A stretch of 64,000 bases of DNA from an uncultured virus (IMG/VR IMGVR_UViG_3300030333_004050) (taxonomy: Duplodnaviria; Heunggongvirae; Uroviricota; Caudoviricetes): IMG/VR virus record IMGVR_UViG_3300030333_004050; one strand, 5' to 3'. The position numbers were made by a program, and so were the translations under genes. A model generated the notes under the pieces. It was not told the origin of the DNA. It searched no databases and was given only the letters and a program-made list of their open reading frames with translations. Shown piece after piece: positions 1 through 7,322 of this stretch (its first letter is position 1; each line of letters starts with the position of its first letter).

Positions 1-1056
1 GCAACAGACCCACTCACGCCCGCGAAGCATGAGAAGTATGGGTTTGGCGTCAGACGACGAAAGACCGGACCGAATCGTAATCTCAAGTCTGAGTTTATTC
101 ACATACCACTCAACAAGGACGGCGAGCCAATGAAGCCGACACATGAAAATCATCCGTGTGCAATTTGGACGCGACTATGTCGGGGGAACTTTCGTTGGAC
201 CTGTCACTACGGACTCGCGTTGTGCAACCAGTATAGGGAACGCTACGGCAAAGAGCATCCGGCTCTCAAACCACTGACTCAACTCAGACAATACGACTTT
301 CTATTCGAGCCGTTCGACTACGACGGACGAGTCAAACACGCGACGCCGAATACATACTACACGCCGCACCCTCTCGCTATGCCGGACGAGTTCAAACCTC
401 TCGCGCACATGGACAGAAACAAAAGAGAAATCGCGCGCGCCTATCAGAAGTTTTACCGACACAAGGTCAAGACTCAACTCAATAAGAAGGGAGAGCCGAC
501 ATTGTATTGGAAGCGCGCGGTGAAGCCCATGTGGCTCATGGGTGAGACAGGGGCGGCGCGCGCGGCCGCGTCGCTGAGAACAACACGAGAGGACATTCTC
601 ATGCCTCAATGGCTCGACTTCGTTTGGGAGAATTACCACAAGCATGAATCATTCTTAGGCGAATCGAAGAAGCGTCCGAGAAAGACTATGACACTAAAGT
701 CGAGTGTTGTCGGCAGACTGTGGAATGAATACAGAAAGACGGCAGACGAGCGCGCTGACACTCTCGGACATAACTATCGAGGCGAGGCCATTCAATTGGC
801 GAATGAAATGTTGGACTACTGTATGAGCAACGGTGAATATCCACCTAACAGTCAACCAGTGTATGAATACATACCCGAACGACGCAACTTTTCGAGAGAG
901 AAGTTGGCGGCTCGGTTTGAAACAATTAGGAATGACATAAACCGTGAGCAAAAGGCACAAAACAGAATCAAGAGGCGAAAGAAATCGTGGGGCGGTGGAC
1001 TCCGACCAATCCCGCCTCAGCGACCGAAGCCAGGCGAAGGTGACAAAAATGTATAG
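1..1056 (+). CDS. Pyrimidine-dimer DNA glycosylase (DenV/endonuclease V)-like protein with C-terminal extension; 5'-partial
   Basis: Frame is open from base 1. Motif H-x-NHPCAIW-x-R...N-x-x-W...G-x-x-L...Y-x-x-RYGK-x-H plus PLAMPDEFK and AYQKFY, typical of this family. Confidence 0.6.
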   Translation, partial: ATDPLTPAKHEKYGFGVRRRKTGPNRNLKSEFIHIPLNKDGEPMKPTHENHPCAIWTRLCRGNFRWTCHYGLALCNQYRERYGKEHPALKPLTQLRQYDFLFEPFDYDGRVKHATPNTYYTPHPLAMPDEFKPLAHMDRNKREIARAYQKFYRHKVKTQLNKKGEPTLYWKRAVKPMWLMGETGAARAAASLRTTREDILMPQWLDFVWENYHKHESFLGESKKRPRKTMTLKSSVVGRLWNEYRKTADERADTLGHNYRGEAIQLANEMLDYCMSNGEYPPNSQPVYEYIPERRNFSREKLAARFETIRNDINREQKAQNRIKRRKKSWGGGLRPIPPQRPKPGEGDKNV

Positions 1057-1058
1057 GC

Positions 1059-1093
1059 TAAAGGTTATATATGCTAACCTCTTCCGAAGAAAC
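1059..1093 (+). promoter_or_regulatory. Class I TATA promoter, leaderless start
   Basis: TTATATA at 1065, 29 nt before aaacATG at 1094. Confidence 0.6.
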
Positions 1094-1198
1094 ATGGGAG
1101 CAACCCAACTACTACTGCCGCGCTCGTGGAAGTGTCACTGTTGCCGAATGTCTTTCAACAGTCAAGAGGCTCTCATCGAACACACCTGCATGGACTGA
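1094..1198 (+). CDS. 34-aa C2H2/C2HC zinc-finger microprotein
   Basis: MGATQLLLPRSWKCHCCRMSFNSQEALIEHTCMD fits C-x2-C-x3-F-x5-L-x2-H-x-C; start lies at promoter-defined distance. Confidence 0.6.
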   Translation: MGATQLLLPRSWKCHCCRMSFNSQEALIEHTCMD

Positions 1199-1211
1199 CG
1201 GGGTGTTGATT

Positions 1212-1334
1212 ATGACACCCGACCCGACGAGCGTTGAGTTCGCAATCTTAGACCTAACGAATCAAACAATAACCGTAATTCAAGCCGCTCTAAGTGACGG
1301 CTTCCCGTCGAGGGTGAAAGAGGACTGGGTATGA
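1212..1334 (+). CDS. Small hypothetical protein
   Basis: ATG at 1212; stop overlaps next start (ATGA). Confidence 0.4.
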   Translation: MTPDPTSVEFAILDLTNQTITVIQAALSDGFPSRVKEDWV

Positions 1335-1468
1335 CAAAACGAAATGAAACACAGAAAAGAATGAAACAATATCTGTCGGCTGACGGGTGGAAGGTGTTTA
1401 GCAATATGCCGTCCGAAAAGCAGTCCGCAGTCATTAGAGCGTTTAGAGCATGGGAGCATCGAATATGA
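1331..1468 (+). CDS. 45-aa hypothetical protein
   Basis: Hand translation MTKRNETQKRMKQYLSADGWKVF...; ATGA coupling at both ends. Confidence 0.45.
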   Translation: MTKRNETQKRMKQYLSADGWKVFSNMPSEKQSAVIRAFRAWEHRI

Positions 1469-1605
1469 GTCTCAAGTGCTTCGAGTGTGGTTGCGACCTT
1501 CGAGACGGGGTGCGTTGGAGTCACGACGCTTGGCCGTTCAAGGGTCGGTCCTGTGACGACTGTCATGTTATCGTTCTTCAAGAACGGTTCAATCGTTTGG
1601 AATAA
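1465..1605 (+). CDS. 46-aa zinc-binding microprotein
   Basis: Hand translation MSLKCFECGCD...CDDCHVIVLQERFNRLE with two CxxC motifs; ATGA-coupled. Confidence 0.5.
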   Translation: MSLKCFECGCDLRDGVRWSHDAWPFKGRSCDDCHVIVLQERFNRLE

Positions 1606-1710
1606 TTTTCCAATCTGTAAAAGCAGACCCGAACCAGGTTGTCATGAGTTTTTGAACGGAGTTGCTTAGGTTAGGCCGTCACAACCGTCTGTTGTGAGTT
1701 CCTGGTTTTG

Positions 1711-1926
1711 TCACCAGTGACAAAAACTGGCTCGATACTTTTCTCGCGGACTGCACATTTAGTCGATACTTACTCGATACCCTGCACATTTTATGCACAT
1801 CTTTTCGGGTGGTGGTGTGGATTTTGCACCAGTGCAATTTCAACACCAGTGCGGAAACTGCACCAGTGCGGAAACTGCACCGAGCCGAGCCAGTCGGCCG
1901 AGCCAGTCAGCCGAGCCGAGCCAGTC
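1711..1926. repeat. Non-coding cluster of short direct repeats (iteron-like)
   Basis: CACCAGTGC at 1827, 1844, 1861 (17-bp period, partial copy at 1878); GCCGAGCCAGTC at 1884, 1897, 1915; TCGATAC x3; CTGCACATTT x2. Confidence 0.8.
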
Positions 1927-1965
1927 GGCCGGACGGTCGCCCGTCCTTGAGGCGGTCGGCCTGCC

Positions 1966-2367
1966 TCAGTAGCGGCGACCCCCGCGCCTGTGCTTGAATG
2001 CCTGTGTGTTGCGCTTCTTTGCGCCCTCAGTGCCTCGCGCCCACTTGACCTTCATTGTGCCGCCATACTTCGCCACACGGCCGCGCACCCAGTCCTTAGT
2101 CATGGGTTGCGTTGAGCGGCGTAGGTATGCGGTGGTGACTGCGCCGTTTGTGACTATTAGAACCACCATGTCACCGTTAGATTCGACGCCTGCGCCGTCG
2201 GTGGTTCGGTGGCCGCCTAAGTCAAGCGCGACGATAGCCATAGAGGTCGCCTCGCTTCGGTTATAGACGAGAGAAGCGGCGGCGACTGCGCGCTCATATT
2301 CTCCGGCCTTCAATCTAATGCCTGCCCTGTCGAGGGCGTGTTGGGTGTTGCTGAGTTGGTTGCTCAT
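1966..2367 (-). CDS. Hypothetical protein, possibly BECR/RelE-like fold
   Basis: Start 29 nt after a minus-strand TTATATA; T-x-HA-x-x-R N-terminal motif and VVLIV...VTTAY strand pattern. Confidence 0.6.
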   Translation of the reverse strand: MSNQLSNTQHALDRAGIRLKAGEYERAVAAASLVYNRSEATSMAIVALDLGGHRTTDGAGVESNGDMVVLIVTNGAVTTAYLRRSTQPMTKDWVRGRVAKYGGTMKVKWARGTEGAKKRNTQAFKHRRGGRRY

Positions 2368-2400
2368 GGTGGGGCTACCCCGTAGGGGGTATATAACAAG
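2368..2400 (-). promoter_or_regulatory. Class I-like TATA promoter (divergent, leftward)
   Basis: Minus strand TGTTATATACCCCCTA, identical core to the rightward promoter at 2543. Confidence 0.7.
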
Positions 2401-2539
2401 TGCGTTCATATAGCCTCAAAAACCTATAATCTGGCCTGTTTTTCACAGGTTCAGCACAGAAAATTGAGAGGCTGAAATCGGGCGTTTTGACTGGTGAAAA
2501 ACCGCCCCAATCTATCAATTTTTCAGCCTCTATTGACCT

Positions 2540-2574
2540 ATATGTTATATACCCCCTATTGACTCGGAGATGAC
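2540..2574 (+). promoter_or_regulatory. Class I-like TATA promoter (divergent, rightward)
   Basis: TGTTATATACCCCCTA; TTATATA at 2545, ATG at 2575. Confidence 0.7.
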
Positions 2575-3573
2575 ATGGGAGCAGACCCGAAACACACCGC
2601 GAAACAAATAATGACCGAAATTGCTGAGGAAATCCTTGAGGTCATCCGCTCCGGCGAAATGCCGGAATGGGTGAAGTCATGGAGTGGTATTTTCAGCCCA
2701 ACAAATGCCGCCAGTGAACACACCTATACAGGGTTCAATGTGTGGCTTTGCATTAGCCACATGAGAAGGAATGGTTTTGAATCACCCCTCTATGTTGCAC
2801 CATCACAGGCTAAGAAACTCATGAAGGCATACAACGAAGAACACGGCACAAGCCACTTTGCAACCCCAAATAAGGCAACTCTAACGCTACTCCGCCCTCA
2901 TGGCTTTTGGGTCAAGAAGAAGGACGACGACGGCAAAGAGACAAAGCAATTCATCACTCAAGGCTTCGTAGGCTTCAAGGCTTGGAATATCGAAGAAACA
3001 AACATCCCTGCCGACTGGGCGCGCGCTCAAATGAGCGTTGAGACTCATGACCCCGTCAATGTTGGGAACATCGTTGAGAACCTTGAATCACATCTCGGCG
3101 TGACCATCAATCTCGGCGGCGGTGTGGCTTGCTACAACCCACGCACCGACACTATCTCAATGCCGCCTCTTGAGGCATGGTCTGAGGCTTCGGACTTCAT
3201 CACAGTGCTTCTTCATGAGGCAGGCCACGCAACAGGCCACAGGGGTCGCTTAGCGCGCCCTCTTGACTTCAACGCATTCAGCCGCGAGGGCTACGCGAAA
3301 GAGGAACTAATCGCGGAACTATGCGCGGTCGCTTCGGCTGGTATGCTGGGCGTCGAATACAACGCGCCACGCTCCGCCGCATACCTCGCAGGCTGGGCGA
3401 AGGCCACCAAGCACGAGGACGCGGTTGAGGCCATCCTTGAGGCCATCCCTGCGGCAACCAAAGCGGCCGACATGGTCGCCAACGGGTTCGCATGGAATCC
3501 CGACCTATTGACGCCCGTCGAAGGCGAGGACATGACTTCGACCCCGACGGTCCTTGAGACGGCCTCAGCGTGA
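2575..3573 (+). CDS. ardC: ArdC-like antirestriction protein (ssDNA-binding domain plus zincin-like domain)
   Basis: N-terminal W-x-x-x-W...P-x-N...Y-x-G-x-N; C-terminal ACYNPRTDTISMP, LLHEAGHATGH-x-x-RL-x-R, YAKEELIAEL, SAAYLAGW. Confidence 0.85.
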   Translation: MGADPKHTAKQIMTEIAEEILEVIRSGEMPEWVKSWSGIFSPTNAASEHTYTGFNVWLCISHMRRNGFESPLYVAPSQAKKLMKAYNEEHGTSHFATPNKATLTLLRPHGFWVKKKDDDGKETKQFITQGFVGFKAWNIEETNIPADWARAQMSVETHDPVNVGNIVENLESHLGVTINLGGGVACYNPRTDTISMPPLEAWSEASDFITVLLHEAGHATGHRGRLARPLDFNAFSREGYAKEELIAELCAVASAGMLGVEYNAPRSAAYLAGWAKATKHEDAVEAILEAIPAATKAADMVANGFAWNPDLLTPVEGEDMTSTPTVLETASA

Positions 3574-3605
3574 GCCTACGGGCGCGCGTTGCCTATCTTC
3601 TGAAT

Positions 3606-3639
3606 GGGTCGGGGTTGGTCCACGAGGCCACCCCGACCC
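3606..3639 (+). terminator. GC-rich hairpin downstream of ardC
   Basis: GGGTCGGGGT (3606-3615) pairs with ACCCCGACCC (3630-3639). Confidence 0.4.
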
Positions 3640-3844
3640 CCACCCCTTGTTCAGTCAGCACCATTTGAAAAGTCGATTTTATCCGCATACCCCCTTCGGA
3701 CGCTATGCGCGATTTTCGCTTATGAACTATATGAGATGTCAGTCTATATACTTTGTTATTCGCAATTATCATTTACGCTCGATTAAATAGGTGAGGCATG
3801 AAAAACCGTCTATACCCTTGAGGGGCTATGGGAGACAAGAGAGA

Positions 3845-4504
3845 ATGGCGGTTCGAGATAGACGAAGACCCGAAGAACATCGGGTATCTGATTCAGACAC
3901 TTATGTTGATGAACAAGAATACTGTATTTCAAGTGAGGCGGACGGGGAAGCATATATGCGTGGAAACCAGCGATTGAATTACGACGACATGAATGTGGTT
4001 CATCTCCACTTCTATTCTATCTGTAATGAGCGCGGGTGGAAGACTCCTGTCAATCCTACTGAGTTTGACTGGGTGTATCTCGATGTGGATAACCACATAG
4101 TCCAGGCACGAATCGAAACTCCGGCTAAGGGTGGGCGTAGTGTAATCCATTTGCACCCTTCCGCTTTCAGTTGGGAAGACCCTCACCTTCTCAAAGGACT
4201 CATCCATCATGAGTTGGTTCACTGGGTGGTTGGCCCTACACACGCGCATGATGAAGTATTCGAGATGATGGAGCAAGGTTGGGATGGATTCGAGGACTAC
4301 AAGAAGCAAACCGAACTGTTCTCGGCGTGGTTGCATCAAGCACATGGTAAATGGGTGCTAACTTGCCCTAATTGCGGTAAGACTATCCGTCGAAATCGCA
4401 AGCCTGCGAGCCAGTCAGCCTGTCGAGAATGCTGTATTGCTTTCAATAATGGCTTATGGTCAGATAACTACACCTTTTATATAGGTGGGGATGACGAGCA
4501 GTAG
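3845..4504 (+). CDS. SprT-like zinc metalloprotease with C-terminal Zn ribbon
   Basis: LIHHELVH...H-x-x-x-F followed by CPNC...CREC. Confidence 0.75.
   Translation: MAVRDRRRPEEHRVSDSDTYVDEQEYCISSEADGEAYMRGNQRLNYDDMNVVHLHFYSICNERGWKTPVNPTEFDWVYLDVDNHIVQARIETPAKGGRSVIHLHPSAFSWEDPHLLKGLIHHELVHWVVGPTHAHDEVFEMMEQGWDGFEDYKKQTELFSAWLHQAHGKWVLTCPNCGKTIRRNRKPASQSACRECCIAFNNGLWSDNYTFYIGGDDEQ
4477..4490 (+). promoter_or_regulatory. Class II promoter (TATA-like box plus GGTGGGG)
   Basis: TTATATAGGTGGGG, ATG at 4508. Confidence 0.6.
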
Positions 4505-4507
4505 TTA

Positions 4508-4981
4508 ATGACTGAAAGAGCAGACAACATAGCAAAGCGCGAAGTCCAAACTGAATTGCTGAGAAAGTTCGGCAAACACGGTATGGTCGCACTAAAGAAA
4601 TCGGCAGGCGCAGTGCCTTACTTCGCAATACGCGTAAATGAGGACTCGCACCAAAACGCCGCCGCAGTATATGGCGGACAGGGAACACCTGCGAGCGTTT
4701 GGGTGAAGGACATAGTATTCCAATCAATCAAAGAAGCACTCAAGTCCGCAGGCGCAGTAGTGGACGATGTGTCCTATACACATCGTGGTTTTGACTGGCG
4801 CATACACATTGACGACGCAAACGGAATAGTTGCTAACTTAGTAATTGGTGCAGTGAAGGCACACGGAACTACGCGTTGGGAAGCATACATGGAGCGACAG
4901 GAGAAGAAGGCCGAACTTCAAGCACGACGCGAAGCACGAAAGGCGCGCATGGACGCAATCAAGCGCGACCCGTTCGCATGA
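4508..4981 (+). CDS. Hypothetical protein
   Basis: 157-aa ORF after a class II promoter. Confidence 0.7.
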   Translation: MTERADNIAKREVQTELLRKFGKHGMVALKKSAGAVPYFAIRVNEDSHQNAAAVYGGQGTPASVWVKDIVFQSIKEALKSAGAVVDDVSYTHRGFDWRIHIDDANGIVANLVIGAVKAHGTTRWEAYMERQEKKAELQARREARKARMDAIKRDPFA

Positions 4982-4996
4982 AGCGACTTCGATAAC

Positions 4997-5185
4997 ATGA
5001 CAAAAATGGACTTGAAGGTATGGACCGTAGGTCAACTGAAAAAATGGCTCGCAACTGCTGAGAACGACACAGACATAGTAGTCGCCAACATAGACGGCAA
5101 AATGGCGTCTGACTACAACTTAGGCATGGTGAATGTCGAAGAGTTTATGTCAATGCTAACTGACCCCACATTAGACGGGGAATGA
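4997..5185 (+). CDS. Hypothetical protein
   Basis: 62-aa ORF, TVGQL-x-x-x-L motif common in small phage proteins; ATGA-coupled to next gene. Confidence 0.6.
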   Translation: MTKMDLKVWTVGQLKKWLATAENDTDIVVANIDGKMASDYNLGMVNVEEFMSMLTDPTLDGE

Positions 5186-5493
5186 ACATGGCGGGGGGCA
5201 ATAAGCACATTCTATTTTTGGAAGCCTGCGCCAGGCATCTCTCGGACTACGGCCCTAACATTGGTCGCAATCTCATTAAGTCTGTAAAGACGCCAACAAC
5301 GGGCAAACCATTCCGAAATGCACCCACGCCTAACGCACTGTCTAACTTTCTTCATCAAGACCCTCGCTTCTTCCCCATCAACACTCAACAGGGAGAGAAG
5401 TTCCCGCGAGTTTGGGGCGTCGTTGGAACGCATGAATCACTGGTTGGTAAAGTGCGAAGCACCAGTCGAGGCGAAGTCCGAGAACAGAAGTAA
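5182..5493 (+). CDS. Small putative winged-helix DNA-binding protein
   Basis: PTPNALSNFLHQDPRF...VWG pattern shared with 61139..61480 and 7037..7321. Confidence 0.55.
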   Translation: MNMAGGNKHILFLEACARHLSDYGPNIGRNLIKSVKTPTTGKPFRNAPTPNALSNFLHQDPRFFPINTQQGEKFPRVWGVVGTHESLVGKVRSTSRGEVREQK

Positions 5494-5504
5494 TACACTT
5501 CACC

Positions 5505-5517
5505 TTAAGACGGTGGG
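5505..5517 (+). promoter_or_regulatory. Class II promoter
   Basis: TTAAGACGGTGGG, ATG 29 nt downstream. Confidence 0.7.
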
Positions 5518-5533
5518 CGTATGCCTGTAATCT

Positions 5534-6565
5534 ATGACTTCATGGGTGGAACAGTATAGACCCGAATGCTTAGACGACATAATCGGTCAAGAACATATCA
5601 CGCGCAGGCTTGACTGGATGGTCAAGAAACTACACAGTGACAATCAGACCGACTGGCCTCACATGATGTTCGCAGGTCCAGCAGGTGTCGGCAAAACTTC
5701 GACTGCTATTGCTTTGATGAAAACTGCGTTTGGTGAACAGTGGAAAGAGAACTGGTTGGAACTGAACGCATCAGACGAACGAAGTATCTCCGTTATCCGA
5801 ACGAAGGTCAAGGACTTCGCTTCTCGTGGAGTCATCGGTTCGTATGAAGCGAATTGGACCGAAGGTTCAGCCAGTGGTGATATTCGACCCATACCATTCA
5901 ATGTGGTTTTCTTAGATGAGGCGGACAATCTGACACCGGATGCTCAAGCCGCTCTAAGGCGCATGATGGAGAGATACGATTCAACGGTATTCATTATCTC
6001 GTGCAACTATCCTCACAAAATCATAGAACCAATACAGGACAGGTGCGCCTTCTCAACTACTCGCTTCCGACCTATCTCGGATGACCTAATGTCCGGCTAC
6101 ATCTCAACTCTCGCCACTACTCGAAAGGTGACTTTGACCGAAGATGCACTTCAGAAAATAATCGAATCTTCTTCCGGTTCGATGAGGAAGGCTACGCATC
6201 TCCTTTACACAGTAAGCATTGTGCCTGGAGAAATCGAACTTGTTGATGTCGAAGAAATCGTGCAAACTCTAAATCCAAAAGAAGTGAAGTCAATACTCGG
6301 CGCGCTCGTCAAAGCGAAGAAAGCCGAAGACTCTCTATCCGTCTATCGAGATATTGACAAGATGATAGACAAACAACTCAAGTCGGGAATGATGGCTACT
6401 GACATTCTCAATTCAATGTATAGACTCGCGCGTGACGACGACGGTATGCCGAAGCAATTACGGCATCAAATCTTAGTCGGCATCGGAAGTGCTTTACACC
6501 ATGTATCAGTGAGTCAAGACCCCGCGTTAGCATTGAGATGCTTCGTGCGGAATCTTACGGTGTAA
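5534..6565 (+). CDS. rfcS: Replication factor C small subunit (clamp loader)
   Basis: WVEQYRP, GPAGVGKT, LELNASDER, LDEADNLT-x-DAQ-x-ALRR-x-ME, CNY-x-x-KIIEPIQDRC. Confidence 0.95.
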   Translation: MTSWVEQYRPECLDDIIGQEHITRRLDWMVKKLHSDNQTDWPHMMFAGPAGVGKTSTAIALMKTAFGEQWKENWLELNASDERSISVIRTKVKDFASRGVIGSYEANWTEGSASGDIRPIPFNVVFLDEADNLTPDAQAALRRMMERYDSTVFIISCNYPHKIIEPIQDRCAFSTTRFRPISDDLMSGYISTLATTRKVTLTEDALQKIIESSSGSMRKATHLLYTVSIVPGEIELVDVEEIVQTLNPKEVKSILGALVKAKKAEDSLSVYRDIDKMIDKQLKSGMMATDILNSMYRLARDDDGMPKQLRHQILVGIGSALHHVSVSQDPALALRCFVRNLTV

Positions 6566-6567
6566 AA

Positions 6568-6798
6568 ATGATACAAGCAGTGCGACAAATGAGGACGAGA
6601 ATTGGAGATTTAGTGCAGATTACTTTCAGTAGTTGGCCGGAGAATATAATCAAAGAAGGCATACTGATAGCGGCGGTTGCGGACGACACATACGGCCACA
6701 TTTGCGTGGTTCAAGGGAGCAATTCAGAAACCTATGTGTGCAGGGGCGACCGCACCACTTTACAGTGGATAGACTCAATATCAGAACCCACTCCTTAA
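6568..6798 (+). CDS. Hypothetical protein
   Basis: ORF fills the gap between rfcS and the next promoter. Confidence 0.55.
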   Translation: MIQAVRQMRTRIGDLVQITFSSWPENIIKEGILIAAVADDTYGHICVVQGSNSETYVCRGDRTTLQWIDSISEPTP

Positions 6799-6808
6799 GA
6801 CGGTGGGG
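6795..6808 (+). promoter_or_regulatory. Class II promoter
   Basis: TTAAGACGGTGGGG, ATG at 6826. Confidence 0.7.
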
Positions 6809-6825
6809 AATCGGTTTGTGGTTCA

Positions 6826-7077
6826 ATGACTGCTGAGTTTAGCGACGATAACCAACGCATACTGGAAATTATCAAAGAAAGGATGAAGGTTGGTGAGCGC
6901 AGATACGGACACGGACTGCGTATTCATGACGACACGACCCAGTATGGAACTAAGACCGACTCATGGACTGAGATGGGGCTTGAAGAAATACTGGATTTGG
7001 TTATCTATCTCTCAGCACAGATATTGAGGCGATTAGATGGCGAGGCGAAATTACAGGACGAGGCGAGAGAAGAATAA
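6826..7077 (+). CDS. All-alpha NTP pyrophosphohydrolase (MazG-like) small protein
   Basis: R-x-x-x-G-x-x-x-YG...W-x-x-x-x-x-EE-x-LD-x-x-IYL motif. Confidence 0.55.
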   Translation: MTAEFSDDNQRILEIIKERMKVGERRYGHGLRIHDDTTQYGTKTDSWTEMGLEEILDLVIYLSAQILRRLDGEAKLQDEAREE

Positions 7078-7321
7078 GTTGCTCGCTGAGTATATCGTTC
7101 CCCATCTCGTTGAATGGTTGAAGGTTGAAGGGCCATTGCCCGTCATGACCATTTGGAATACTATGAAGATAAACGGTGTGTCGATACAGAACTTTAGGAC
7201 TCCACATCCAACTTCTGTCGGGTTTAGAAATCACCACACATTGATTATGATTCTCAAGACCCACCCGCAATTCAAGATGCACAGGCAACCGAGCAACAAA
7301 CCAATTCTTTGGAGCGCATGA
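7037..7321 (+). CDS. Small putative winged-helix protein
   Basis: L-x-x-EGP...TLIMILKTHPQF...LW pattern. Confidence 0.5.
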   Translation: MARRNYRTRREKNKLLAEYIVPHLVEWLKVEGPLPVMTIWNTMKINGVSIQNFRTPHPTSVGFRNHHTLIMILKTHPQFKMHRQPSNKPILWSA

Positions 7322-7322
7322 T

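Noticed and set aside
1708..1997. ORFs across the repeat cluster
   Set aside because: They have non-ATG starts and repeat-derived peptide sequence, with no promoter motif upstream.
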